A DNA stretch of 64,000 nt from positions 4,096,001 to 4,160,000 of the forward strand of contig OY764216.1 in the NCBI GenBank assembly GCA_963668315.1, written 5' to 3'. How positions within the stretch are numbered: position 1 is the stretch's first letter; each line of letters starts with the position of its first letter. Of this stretch, positions 49,221-59,077 are shown one piece after another. Under the pieces are notes generated by a model. The model had not been told where the DNA came from. It was given only the letters and a program-made list of their open reading frames with translations, and searched no databases. The DNA is from Spirochaetia bacterium. Lineage in GTDB: Bacteria; Spirochaetota; Spirochaetia; DSM-2461. The translations under genes were made by a program, and so were the position numbers.

Positions 49221-50351
49221 CTAAACGATCAGGCTGCTCTCCTCAAAGGAGACAAAGCTGTAATCAAGAAACCCCTTGGGCAAGGGCGGCATTTTCTCGA
49301 AGGTTGATGCCAAAGGATAAAAGGCTTTGCTCTCTCCGCTCCTGTTAAAACCGTGGAGCACTTCCAGAGCATGGTAGGCCATCTCCTTATTCACCCGATG
49401 CTTCCTCCCCTTGATCAGAGACCAGGCCATCTCGGCGGCCCCAAGCCCCCGGGATTCGGTTCTGAATCCGTGGGTCTGAGGGACGGAGGTATAGCCGTCG
49501 TTCCCTTTCAGGTAAACCTTCACGTCTCCGCCGAAATGATTCGGATCGGCCATCTGCATCACTCCCATGCTGCCGTGGACAACCAGCAGGGGCTGCTCGG
49601 GGAACTGGGAAATGCTGTTGCCCGTGAAGAGCACATTCCCCACCACACCGCTCTCGAAATTCATGATCCCCGAAACCAGGTTCTCGCACTCCAGGGTATA
49701 GGTTTCCCCCATGCGTTCCGTTTTCATGTAAGATCTTGTCCCATGAACGGTCTTCATCATGCCCGCGACCTCTTCTACCGGTCCGAAACAGCTCAGCAGG
49801 GCGGTGATATAGTAGATTCCCACATCAAAGCCTATGCCGCCGCCCCTCTGAGTCGTAAAGGGAAAGGCCTCCCCCATCAGAGCGCCGTCCCGGTTGAGGG
49901 AGCAGACGAAGGAGGTGACCTCTCCGATCATGCCCGATTCGATCACGTCCCTGGCGGTCTGGACGGCCGATCCCAGGAAGGTATCCGGGGCGACACCCAG
50001 GGCCAGACCCTTGCTGTCGGCCAGCTTGACCAGTTCCGCCGCTTCCTCCAGATCGGCGGTGAGAACTTTCTCAGAATAAACATGCTTGCCCCCTTCCAGA
50101 AGGGTCTTCACGATCTTGAAATGGGCGGGAACGGTGGTCAGATTCAGGACGAGCCCTATGGAATCATCGGCGATGATCTCCTCCAGGGTCATGACCTTTC
50201 CCCCGTAGGCCGCGGCGGCTTCCCTTGCCTTTGCCTCATCCAGATCGCAATAGCCGACCATATCCAGCACCTTGAACTTTTCACTGATGCTCTTCAGATA
50301 GGCCTGGCTGATCACGCCGCATCCGACTACGGCGGTTTTCATTTTTTCCAT
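49221..50351 (-). CDS. Gfo/Idh/MocA family oxidoreductase
   Basis: VVGCGVIS Rossmann motif, GKHVYSEK, APDTFLG, FDVGIYY. Confidence 0.92.
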   Translation of the reverse strand: MEKMKTAVVGCGVISQAYLKSISEKFKVLDMVGYCDLDEAKAREAAAAYGGKVMTLEEIIADDSIGLVLNLTTVPAHFKIVKTLLEGGKHVYSEKVLTADLEEAAELVKLADSKGLALGVAPDTFLGSAVQTARDVIESGMIGEVTSFVCSLNRDGALMGEAFPFTTQRGGGIGFDVGIYYITALLSCFGPVEEVAGMMKTVHGTRSYMKTERMGETYTLECENLVSGIMNFESGVVGNVLFTGNSISQFPEQPLLVVHGSMGVMQMADPNHFGGDVKVYLKGNDGYTSVPQTHGFRTESRGLGAAEMAWSLIKGRKHRVNKEMAYHALEVLHGFNRSGESKAFYPLASTFEKMPPLPKGFLDYSFVSFEESSLIV

Positions 50352-50361
50352 ACTGTCCTCC

Positions 50362-51240
50362 TCAATTCTCATAACTTACAAAAGCGATTTTCCTGCTGTC
50401 CGGCGACCAGGAATTGACATTGATCGTCCCCTGCCCTCCCCGGAACCCGGCCAACAGCCTGTCATGGCTCCCGTCGGCATCCATCATTCTCAGCTCCACC
50501 CGCTTATCGGGCAGATGCTCTCCCGGTTCCAGCTCGCCCACGGCGTAGGCCAGGTAGACGATTTTCTCTCCGTCGGGGGAGCAGTGGGGAAACCAGCAGT
50601 TCTCCTCCCGGTCCATCATCTGGGTCTGTTCCGAACCGTCCGCGTTCATCCGCCACACCTGCATCCGCCCGCTGCGGGACGAATTGAACCAGATATATCC
50701 TCCGCAGGGGGAAAACTCCGGACCGTCGTCCAGCCAATCCCCCTGCGTCAGCCGGGTTTCATCCCTCCCTTCGGCGGTAATGGTGTAAATATTGTACTCC
50801 CCGTCCCTCTCTCCGCAGAAGCTGAGAAGATCCCCCCGGGGGGACCATCCGTGAAGATAACTGGGCCCCTTTTCCGTAACGAGCCGGGGGGTACCCCCCG
50901 TGCGGGGCAGAATATAGATACGGGAGACGATATCCTCATCACAGAAATGACTCACCGCCAACAGACTGCTGTCCGGGGAAAGGACATGGTCGTTATTGCA
51001 GGTGCGCACATGGGCCGTATCTATCTGCCGGATCTCTCCCGTCTCCAGGCGGTAATCATACATCAGTCCGTTGCTGTTGTAGATGAGGAATTGGCCGTCC
51101 CCCGTCCAGTTGGGCGCTTCGATAACCCTGTCAAAGGTGTGCAGTTTCTCTCTCTCCCCGCTCTCCACATCCATGATCTCCAATGTGCAGTGCTGATGTC
51201 TGTCATTCATTAACCGCAAAAGCTCATCCCTGTTAATCAT
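50362..51240 (-). CDS. TolB-like (PD40 repeat) beta-propeller protein
   Basis: Repeated W/F-SPDG units (EAPNW, LSPDS, HGWSP, PEFSP, SPDG, SWSPDS). Confidence 0.85.
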   Translation of the reverse strand: MINRDELLRLMNDRHQHCTLEIMDVESGEREKLHTFDRVIEAPNWTGDGQFLIYNSNGLMYDYRLETGEIRQIDTAHVRTCNNDHVLSPDSSLLAVSHFCDEDIVSRIYILPRTGGTPRLVTEKGPSYLHGWSPRGDLLSFCGERDGEYNIYTITAEGRDETRLTQGDWLDDGPEFSPCGGYIWFNSSRSGRMQVWRMNADGSEQTQMMDREENCWFPHCSPDGEKIVYLAYAVGELEPGEHLPDKRVELRMMDADGSHDRLLAGFRGGQGTINVNSWSPDSRKIAFVSYEN

Positions 51241-51255
51241 TCTTTCTTCCTCCCC

Positions 51256-51273
51256 TATGGCAACGTTGCCATA
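51256..51273. promoter_or_regulatory. LacI-type operator, copy 1
   Basis: Perfect 18-bp palindrome TATGGCAACGTTGCCATA. Confidence 0.85.
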
Positions 51274-51285
51274 TTCCATAAAAAA

Positions 51286-52302
51286 TCATACTTCCTTCCA
51301 TGATCTGACCGATCCCCTGTCGGCGAGATAGGTCTCGTTTATAATCTCCCGGGACTCCCTATCCCAATCGTCCCTGCGGGATAGAAGAAGGGATACCGCT
51401 TCCCGGCCCAGATTTTCCAATTCAAGCCCCACGGAAGTGATCGGCGGGGAAAGCATCATGGAGAGGGTATCATCATAACCGACCAGCGAGATATCATCGG
51501 GCACGATAATCCTCTTTTCATAGCAGACTTGCAGAAAACCGCATACAAAAAGATCGGATGCCATAAAAACGGCCGTAGGCGGAACATCCCTGTTCAGAAG
51601 TTCCTCCGCCGCGCGCCTTCCCTCTTCCACCCCGTAGGTATCCCACAGGGAGATCAGCGAAGAATCGATGGGCCGGCCCGCCTCTTTCAGAGCGTCCCGG
51701 TAGCCCCGGAGCCGCATCCTCTCCACCGGATGATCCGCTTCCCTGCCGACATAGGCGATACGCCGGTGGCCCCGGTCGGCAATATGCCGCACCGCCTCAA
51801 AGGCCCCCCGATAATCGGCAATGACAATTCGGTCCGTATGATCCCCTTCCCGGGTCCTCTCCACCATGACCAGGGGGATATTCCGGCCGGTAACCTTTCT
51901 CAGCACCCGCTCGTCCAGATAGGGATGGGAGGTAATGATAATCCCGTCGACCCTCCGGGCGATCAGTTCATCCAGGATATTCTCCCAGTTTCCGTCCTTC
52001 AGTTCCACCGTATAGGTCAGGACCTGATAGCCCACTTCATGGGCGGCGCTGTTCACGGCTTTGCTGATCCGTTCATAAAGCATATTGCTATTGAAAATGG
52101 TCAGATGGCCGATGAGATTCGTCTTCCTGCTTTTGAGCCCCTGGGCTACCCGGTTCGGGATATAGCCGGTATCCCGGATAGCCTTCTCCACCAATTCCCG
52201 CTTCTCGCCGGAAACATAACCGTTCTTTCTGACAACCCGCCCCACTGTCGTCAGAGAGACCCCGGAAATCCGGGCTATATCAACCATTGTCAGTTTGTCC
52301 AT
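51286..52302 (-). CDS. LacI family transcriptional regulator
   Basis: TMVDIARISGVSLTTVGRV, YIPNRVAQGL, VPDDISLVGYDD. Confidence 0.95.
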   Translation of the reverse strand: MDKLTMVDIARISGVSLTTVGRVVRKNGYVSGEKRELVEKAIRDTGYIPNRVAQGLKSRKTNLIGHLTIFNSNMLYERISKAVNSAAHEVGYQVLTYTVELKDGNWENILDELIARRVDGIIITSHPYLDERVLRKVTGRNIPLVMVERTREGDHTDRIVIADYRGAFEAVRHIADRGHRRIAYVGREADHPVERMRLRGYRDALKEAGRPIDSSLISLWDTYGVEEGRRAAEELLNRDVPPTAVFMASDLFVCGFLQVCYEKRIIVPDDISLVGYDDTLSMMLSPPITSVGLELENLGREAVSLLLSRRDDWDRESREIINETYLADRGSVRSWKEV

Positions 52303-52319
52303 CCCTTACCCCATGCCCA

Positions 52320-52363
52320 TATGGCAACGTTGCCATACTATCAGAGAAATCCAGCTCTGTCAA
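52320..52363 (-). promoter_or_regulatory. Sigma70 promoter overlapping LacI-type operator copy 2
   Basis: TTGACA (52363-52358), 17-nt spacer, TAGTAT (52340-52335). TATGGCAACGTTGCCATA at 52320-52337. Confidence 0.85.
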
Positions 52364-52553
52364 ATTTGCCATTGATCCCCCAAGCGATAGGGAACCGCCC
52401 TCATAAGAAACAGAACGGAATGTTCCGAATGATTGACATATTCCCGATAAGACCCGATCCCCTGGCGTCATCGGCTTCGAAAAACGGGACAGGGCTTCGG
52501 ATTTATGATCCGCCGGGGGCAGACCGTTATCACCTAAAAGCTCACCCCTCTCC

Positions 52554-53714
52554 TTACAGGGATATGTCTCTTCTTCCCCTGACGAAAATGGCCAGCCCTA
52601 TGATGAATGCCGCGGTGGAAATACCACCCGCCACCCAGGCGAGGGAGAGAACCGAGAGAAAGCTTATGACCAAGCCTCCCGCTGCGGCCCCCAGGGCAAA
52701 GCCCAGCTGATTTGCCGACGATCCTATGCTGATCATAATCCCCGAGGCCTCGGGTGCGATGATAATGAGGTTTAAACTGAATGTCTGCCCGGTCATCCAT
52801 CCGGCGAATATCCACCCGAGCAGAAAGAGAACCGTCAGCAGATCGGAGGATGAAGAGAAAAAGACGAGCATCAGAAAGAGGGCCTGCGACGCCGTTCCCA
52901 GGACCAGCGTGCCCATCGGTCCGATTCGCCCCACGAGAAATCCCCCCGCCTTCGATCCGAAAAAACAGGATACACCCAGCGCCATGAGAACCAGGCTCGT
53001 GCCTCCTCCGAGACGGGGGCTTACCCCGTTAAGGTAGGGGGCTATATAGGTGAAGATCATGGAGTAGCTGATAAAGGTCACGGTACAGGCCAGGAGTATG
53101 GCGAGTATTTTTCCCTTTCCCAGATAGGAGAGCTGTTTTCTCAGCGGAGCGACCGCCGCCACGGCCGTGGAGGGAAGCAGACGAAAAGCCGCAGCGATCA
53201 GGAGGAGCAGCAGTACGGCGAGGCCGGTGAAAACGACCTGCCAGCTGAACAGATTCGTCACGAATCGGCTGGCGGGCATACCGAAGATCAAGGCCACACT
53301 CGCTCCCAGGGCCAGGTCGAAAAGCGCTTTCCCCCTCTCCTCGGGCGGAACGATATTGGTAATAATGTCCGTACCGGCGACAATGGCGACGCCCGACGCC
53401 AGGCCTATGAAGACTCTGACGATCAGCAGCATGGGAAATCCCCGGGACCCGATGGTGAACAGGGTTCCCGCGAGGAGTACGCTCAAGGCGATGAGAAACA
53501 ATCTCCTCCGATCCAGACGGGCCCCGGCGATAACAAGGAGGGGCGTCCCTACGGCAAAGGCGATAGCGTAAGCGGTGTTGACCTGACCGGCCAGGGCCAC
53601 GGAAACATCAAAGGCCGCGGCGATATTATCAAGAATGCTGGCCATGACGAATTGCTGCATACTCACAAGAAAATAGGTACAGGCCACCAGAAATATCTGA
53701 GATTTGTTTTTCAT
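52554..53714 (-). CDS. MFS transporter (DHA1/PbuE-like)
   Basis: 12 TM segments, RLDRRRL, PPEERGKA. Confidence 0.88.
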   Translation of the reverse strand: MKNKSQIFLVACTYFLVSMQQFVMASILDNIAAAFDVSVALAGQVNTAYAIAFAVGTPLLVIAGARLDRRRLFLIALSVLLAGTLFTIGSRGFPMLLIVRVFIGLASGVAIVAGTDIITNIVPPEERGKALFDLALGASVALIFGMPASRFVTNLFSWQVVFTGLAVLLLLLIAAAFRLLPSTAVAAVAPLRKQLSYLGKGKILAILLACTVTFISYSMIFTYIAPYLNGVSPRLGGGTSLVLMALGVSCFFGSKAGGFLVGRIGPMGTLVLGTASQALFLMLVFFSSSSDLLTVLFLLGWIFAGWMTGQTFSLNLIIIAPEASGIMISIGSSANQLGFALGAAAGGLVISFLSVLSLAWVAGGISTAAFIIGLAIFVRGRRDISL

Positions 53715-53825
53715 TTGTACTCCCCGATGACAATAATAAATCCAAATTTGAAAAAAGGAACAGATTATTTTCTCCGAATCCTGCTCTTTTCCCCGGATAT
53801 TCGCGTTTTCCGTCCCTTCCGGGAG

Positions 53826-55358
53826 CTATTTGTCTTTCATGATGGTGTCCATGGCGCCGTCCCTTTCCTGAACGCCTTCCATGGGAACGCCGTTATTGTA
53901 GTCGTAGAAGGGTATCCCCGAACCGTTATCCGGCTTGGGCCTTTCCGGGCCGCTCCAGTCGTCCCGTTCCGAACGGCTCCAGTATCTTCTGACCCAGTGG
54001 CTGCCCCGGAAAGAGTCGCGGATAGCGTCCATATGCTCAATCAGCAGGCCATGGAGCTCGTCCCGAATACCGGCGGAGGCGGGATCTTCGATGAGGTTGA
54101 CCATCTCCTCCGGATCGGTCTCCAGATTATAGAGTTCGTCCCTGTCCATCAGATGAAGAGTCAGCTTCCAGCTCCCCCGGACGATGCTCCGGTTGGGCTG
54201 GAACGCACCGAAACCATCATGGCCCGTCTCATAGCGGGTGTACTCCATGAAGGCGGTCCGGTTATCATCCCGCCTGCCATCCCGCACGTGGGGGACAAGG
54301 CTCTCCCCCTCCAGATTATCCGCCGCCGGAAGGCCCGCGTAATCCAGCATGGTGGGAATCAGATCCAGATGGCTGACCACCGTATCGTTCACTCCGGGGG
54401 TGACGAGAGAGGGCGGACCGTTAAAGATAAAGGGAATATGGGTGATCTCCTCGAAGGCGGCGGGGCCCTTGATGTTCAGCCGGTGGGCTCCGTGCATCTC
54501 CCCGTGATCGGCGGTGTAAATAATGATCGTATTATCGGGGCAGACCCGCTTCACGCAGTCGATAACCCGGCCGGCCTCATAATCGGCATAGCTGTTGCAG
54601 GCGAAATAGAAGGGATTCCGGAAGACAGGTGAAGGTGTTGATACGCCGAATACCGATTCGGCCCACTCCCGGTAATGGGCCGGCTTGTCCTCCAGGCTGT
54701 CGAAGGCCGAATCCCCCAGGGCGTATTCGTAGTCGGCGAACTCCCTCAGATAGCCGGGGGGACAGGTCCAGGGGTGATGGGGCTCGTCGTAGGAGACCAC
54801 CAGAAGAAAGGGATTATCCCTCTTCTTCCCGATAAAATCGATGGCTCTGGTGCCGCTCCGATGGGCCCAGCAGAACTCCTCGTCTATGCCGTGAGCCCTC
54901 AGGTCTTCTTCGCTGGTCAATCCCTTTCGCCAGAGGATTTTTTCCTCATCGCTCAGGCTGTCCAGATAGTTTTTCCCGTCGAACCAGTAGTCGGCGTCCC
55001 AGCCTTCGGGGCAGAGACCGTTTCCGAAGTAGTCGTGCCCGTCCAGATGCCATTTCCCCACATAACCGCAATCGTATCCGGCGGAGGAGAAAATTTGCCC
55101 CATGGTCCGGACGTCCTCGCCCAGGGCCGGTCCGTTGGTGTAGACCCCCGTATTGACGGGCATCATCCCCGTGAAGATTCCCGCCCGGGCCGGCGAACAG
55201 AGGGGACAGGACGTGTAGGCGCGGGTAAACCTGACCCCTTCCTCAGACAGCTTGTCCAGATTCGGGGTTTTCAACTCCCGGCCCTTTCCGTAGGCGCCGA
55301 CCAGATCGGCTCCCTGGGTATCGGTCATGATCAATACGATATTGGGGGATTCTGCCAT
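53826..55358 (-). CDS. Sulfatase, YidJ-like (Cys-type formylglycine)
   Basis: PNIVLIMTDTQ, CSPARAGIFTG, GKWHLDGHDYFG, WDADYWFDG and DHGEM closely resemble E. coli YidJ as recalled. Confidence 0.92.
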   Translation of the reverse strand: MAESPNIVLIMTDTQGADLVGAYGKGRELKTPNLDKLSEEGVRFTRAYTSCPLCSPARAGIFTGMMPVNTGVYTNGPALGEDVRTMGQIFSSAGYDCGYVGKWHLDGHDYFGNGLCPEGWDADYWFDGKNYLDSLSDEEKILWRKGLTSEEDLRAHGIDEEFCWAHRSGTRAIDFIGKKRDNPFLLVVSYDEPHHPWTCPPGYLREFADYEYALGDSAFDSLEDKPAHYREWAESVFGVSTPSPVFRNPFYFACNSYADYEAGRVIDCVKRVCPDNTIIIYTADHGEMHGAHRLNIKGPAAFEEITHIPFIFNGPPSLVTPGVNDTVVSHLDLIPTMLDYAGLPAADNLEGESLVPHVRDGRRDDNRTAFMEYTRYETGHDGFGAFQPNRSIVRGSWKLTLHLMDRDELYNLETDPEEMVNLIEDPASAGIRDELHGLLIEHMDAIRDSFRGSHWVRRYWSRSERDDWSGPERPKPDNGSGIPFYDYNNGVPMEGVQERDGAMDTIMKDK

Positions 55359-55432
55359 AAGACACTCCTTTGGATGATAACGTGAAAATTGTAATTTATT
55401 TATGCCGTTGAGAAAATACGCGGTCCCCCAAG

Positions 55433-55463
55433 GGTCAAGAATTCCCCACAGATGTCAAGAATT
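55433..55463 (+). promoter_or_regulatory. Tandem GTCAAGAATT activator site (20-bp period)
   Basis: GTCAAGAATT at 55434 and 55454. TATAAG -10 at 55490. Confidence 0.65.
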
Positions 55464-55525
55464 TGCCATTTTCGCCTAAGCCTTTTGGCTATAAGGTGAA
55501 TGAAGACGCTAAGGTGAGGTAGATT

Positions 55526-56431
55526 ATGTTAAGCAAGGAAATTCAGGATGCCATAGAGATGTTCCGGAAGCAGAAGGAAGCATCAAAGGGCCGGGCCATC
55601 ACCCCGGAAGGAGCCCTGGAAGCCCGGAAAAATATCGATAATATCCTGGGGAACCGGCCGAACGGCAAAGGTATCACCGTGGAAGAAGTCAGGACGCCCC
55701 GGGTTACCGGCGAATTTTACCACTACGACGAGAGCGATCCGGACAAGCTCAAGGGGAAGGTCCTCCTTTACATACACGGGGGCGGCTTCATGACCGGTTC
55801 CGTTCTCTCGCGCAGAAAAAATTGTCATAACCTTCTGGAACAGGCCAGAATGGACGCCTTTTCCGTGGAATACGGCCAGTGGCCGGAAGCGGAGCATCCC
55901 CGGGGCCTGGACGACTGCGTGGCCGCCTACCGCTGGCTTCGGGGCAAAGGATACGAAGGAAAGGACATCTACTTCTACGGGGGGTCCGCCGGAGCCATGC
56001 TCACCCTCACCTCCATTCTGTACCTGAAAGATCACGGCGAGGAACTTCCGGGGAAAGCCCTGGTGTTCTCGCCGGTGGCCGGGCAGGACATGGATCTTCC
56101 CTCTCACACAGAGCTGGACGACAGGGATCCCATGATCAGCTACGAACCGGTCATTCCCTACTATGAAAAGGCCGATTTCACAAGCCCCTATGTCTCCCCC
56201 GGCTACGGCGACTACCGGGGATTTCCCGAACTGGCCATTCATGCGGGAAGCGAAGAGGTCCTTCTGGATGACGCGAAGCTGATCTACAGCCTCTGTGAGA
56301 AAGCGGGAGTGAAGGTGTCCCTGAAAATCTGGGAAGGCCTTTTCCACGTGTTCACCCTGGTCGATTCCCCCGAATCGGAGGAAGCAACGAGGGAATTCGC
56401 CCGGTTTTTCAGAAACGAAGATAATGTTTGA
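55526..56431 (+). CDS. Alpha/beta hydrolase, HSL family esterase
   Basis: YIHGGG oxyanion motif, GGSAG nucleophile elbow, EVLLDD, HVF. Confidence 0.92.
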   Translation: MLSKEIQDAIEMFRKQKEASKGRAITPEGALEARKNIDNILGNRPNGKGITVEEVRTPRVTGEFYHYDESDPDKLKGKVLLYIHGGGFMTGSVLSRRKNCHNLLEQARMDAFSVEYGQWPEAEHPRGLDDCVAAYRWLRGKGYEGKDIYFYGGSAGAMLTLTSILYLKDHGEELPGKALVFSPVAGQDMDLPSHTELDDRDPMISYEPVIPYYEKADFTSPYVSPGYGDYRGFPELAIHAGSEEVLLDDAKLIYSLCEKAGVKVSLKIWEGLFHVFTLVDSPESEEATREFARFFRNEDNV

Positions 56432-56519
56432 AAGAATTGACAATATTTTGTTGAGATGCGGGTAATCCGGTAATAATCGCTCTCCCTCTATTCGGATAAC
56501 GAATAGAAGGAGGGCTGAT

Positions 56520-57620
56520 TTGAAAGAAGAAATCTACTGCCCCAACCCCCAATGCAGGAATCATAATAATCCGCCGACTGGTAAGGTTTGGTTTTGGAAG
56601 AAAGGCTTTGCTTTCACAAAAAGAGACGGGAAAGTACAGCGTTTTCAGTGCAAGGAGTGTTTGAAAACATTCTCCCTATCTTATTTCACCATAGATCATT
56701 GTGTTCATAAGCGTCTGTCCTGTGCCAGGATACTAAGCCATCTCATCAGCGGGTCGGGAATCCGGGATATGGCCCGGGCCATGAACTGTTCTCCCCATAT
56801 GATAACCCACCGCTTACAACGTCTTTCCCAACGAATTACTTCTGTATGCGCAGAAGAAATCAACTCTCTTAAGCTCTCCGAATCGATGGCAGCCGACGGT
56901 TTGGAGAACTTTATCCTATCCCAATACTTCCCCACCAACGTGAATATTCTGGTTGGAAAACGCTCTCAGTTCATCTATACCTTCAATGCCTTTCACTTCA
57001 AGCGAAAAGGAACTTGTACAGACGAACAAAAGAGAAAGAAGCAAGATCTCTATGAAAAAGCCAGGTTTGAGAAGAGAGCGGCGTCCCGTCGATTTCGGGA
57101 AATCCTGGATTTTCTTTCACAGAAGGCAGAACAATCTTCCATGACTTCCCTTATCCTTGATACGGACGAGCATCCAATCTACCGTTATCAATTTGACCAT
57201 AATGAATCCCTTTCCCCTAAGATTATCCATAGAAAGACAAACTCTCGAGTTGAGAGAAATTATCAGAATAAACTATTTCCTTGTAATTATATAGATCGTC
57301 AGATAAGAAAGGACTTGGCTGAATATATAAGAGAAACGGTACAGTTCGGGAGAAACATGAATAACAGTATGGACAGGTTTACCTGCTACTGCTTTTGGCA
57401 TAATTTCATGAAGCCCCATCGCATAAACAAGAGCAAGAGAAAATATGAGTATCATAGCCAGGCGGCCGGGTTCTCAGTACAGGAAACGAATAAGATTGTC
57501 TGGGAAGTTTTTCATGGGGTGAAGAAGAGAGAGAAGGATTTTATGGGATTCCTCACCGAGTATCAGAAAGCTCATTGGGAGAGAGATCTGGTAAATCCTC
57601 TGAATAGAAGGGCTGTCTAG
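56520..57620 (+). mobile_element. IS1-like transposase gene (element ends not defined)
   Basis: Zn ribbon CPNPQC...QRFQCKEC, HTH GIRDMAR, acidic motifs ADGLE and DTDE, C-terminal HNF..PH. More AT-rich than its left flank. No clear terminal inverted repeats. Confidence 0.75.
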
Positions 57621-57660
57621 GAAGGGAGGAATGTATAGGGTTGGGAACATTCCCCGAAAG

Positions 57661-57687
57661 GAGGGACTCTCCCTAAGAGAGCCCCTC
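57661..57687 (-). terminator. Stem-loop between convergent genes
   Basis: GAGGGACTCTC-CCTAA-GAGAGCCCCTC (one mismatch). Confidence 0.55.
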
Positions 57688-57720
57688 GCAAAAACCAAAA
57701 TAGTCCTTTCTATGCCTGAT

Positions 57721-58803
57721 TTACTGTGGTATAAACATAGTAATGGTAATGGGTACGGACCAGTATGAACTGGCGGAATCATCAAGATTGACTACATATT
57801 TATATCCCACATTCAAATCTGCGAAGGGTACGACATCGGCCTTCATGATGTACTGGGGATGTACCACGACGAGATTGTCCATCGAACCGCCTTCAAAACT
57901 GCCTTCCCCGAAGTTATCGGTATAGCGGAGATCCAGACGGGCGACATCCTTGTTAACCGGTACATCCGTGCGAAGAGCCAGGGAGTAGACCGGATCCACA
58001 TCGGATAAGGCTACCACATTCTCCGTAGTCATGACGAAGTCGTCAGCGGCATAGCTGAGTTCCACGCCGATTCTGGATTGTGTCGCACCGGATTTATAGG
58101 TGTAATCAAAGCCGGCTCCGGCGGATACCCTTTCAATGAAACCGGGTGCCGTTTTGAAGTTGGCGAAGAAACTCTCCTTGTATCCATTGTAACCACCGAT
58201 TATCCTACCCATACCATCCAGATCGTACTGCACAGCGGCTTCTACCTTCTGTATGGCAGTGGCTGTTTTATAATACGTACCGGGTGCTGTTTCAAGAATT
58301 GGGTAATATAGACCTGCCGCGAGCCCCTGAACAGGTGACACTTTTGTCATCAGTCCCATATCACGATCTTTTCCCATTTTTCTCGTGATGTAATCCTGAC
58401 TGGTAACCGGACCTCTCAGAATAAAACTCTCATCTTCGAATTTTCCGATGGCCGTAAAGAGTTTTCGGTCGAAGAGGGAAATGTGGAGGTCATAGGTCCA
58501 GGGCTGATAAGCGGCACTATTCGGAATACCAGGGACATAGTCACCGCTGTATACAGCCCCCTTGTAGTTGACTCCCGAACCATTCGCATCGGCACCGAAT
58601 CCCCCAATTCCCATAAACAGGTTGTTGTTCGTAGTAGCCTCATCTCCGTCAACGGATTTGGCAACTTCAACCGTCGTCTCAAAGTAGCCGGAAAGGGTGA
58701 GGCTCGGTAATTTTGCAGGTCCCTGATCCGCAGGCGCATCCTGTGCAGACAACATGGTGGCCGCCATCAAACCGGTAAGCAACACTGAAAGAATTTTTTT
58801 CAT
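57721..58803 (-). CDS. Secreted hypothetical protein, probable outer-membrane beta-barrel/porin
   Basis: Sec signal MKKILSVLL...LSA. Alternating hydrophobic beta-strand pattern rich in Gly/Tyr/Phe. No TM helices. Confidence 0.55.
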   Translation of the reverse strand: MKKILSVLLTGLMAATMLSAQDAPADQGPAKLPSLTLSGYFETTVEVAKSVDGDEATTNNNLFMGIGGFGADANGSGVNYKGAVYSGDYVPGIPNSAAYQPWTYDLHISLFDRKLFTAIGKFEDESFILRGPVTSQDYITRKMGKDRDMGLMTKVSPVQGLAAGLYYPILETAPGTYYKTATAIQKVEAAVQYDLDGMGRIIGGYNGYKESFFANFKTAPGFIERVSAGAGFDYTYKSGATQSRIGVELSYAADDFVMTTENVVALSDVDPVYSLALRTDVPVNKDVARLDLRYTDNFGEGSFEGGSMDNLVVVHPQYIMKADVVPFADLNVGYKYVVNLDDSASSYWSVPITITMFIPQ

Positions 58804-58880
58804 AAAATCTCCTTTTTTCATTTCACGATGATCGTGTGAAAACCATTATAGGGAGGATTTTCTATACCGGGATATAGGAA

Positions 58881-58911
58881 TTAATTGACATTACTATTCA
58901 TATATTGACAT
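58881..58911 (-). promoter_or_regulatory. Tandem TGTCAA site (20-bp period) upstream of the porin-like gene
   Basis: Minus-strand ATGTCAAT at 58911-58904 and 58891-58884. TATAAT at 58850-58845. Confidence 0.6.
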
Positions 58912-58966
58912 ATTTGAATACATTTTAATTCTTTTTATTATAACGATTTCCAACATTTAAAAAATA

Positions 58967-58996
58967 GTCAAGAAATCAACACAAAAATCAATAAAT
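58967..58996 (+). promoter_or_regulatory. Degenerate tandem site upstream of the histidine kinase
   Basis: GTCAAGAAAT (58967) and ATCAATAAAT (58987). TATTCT at 59025. Confidence 0.45.
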
Positions 58997-59077
58997 TACA
59001 ATTTTCTATCTTTTATGTCAGGTTTATTCTTATAAAGTCTGTGCCTAATCAAAGAATCCATATTACAATGTATTGTC

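Noticed and set aside
56459..57656. Possible terminal inverted repeats CGGGTAAT / ATTCCCCG
   Set aside because: Only 7 of 8 bases match, the match does not extend, and there is no flanking target duplication.
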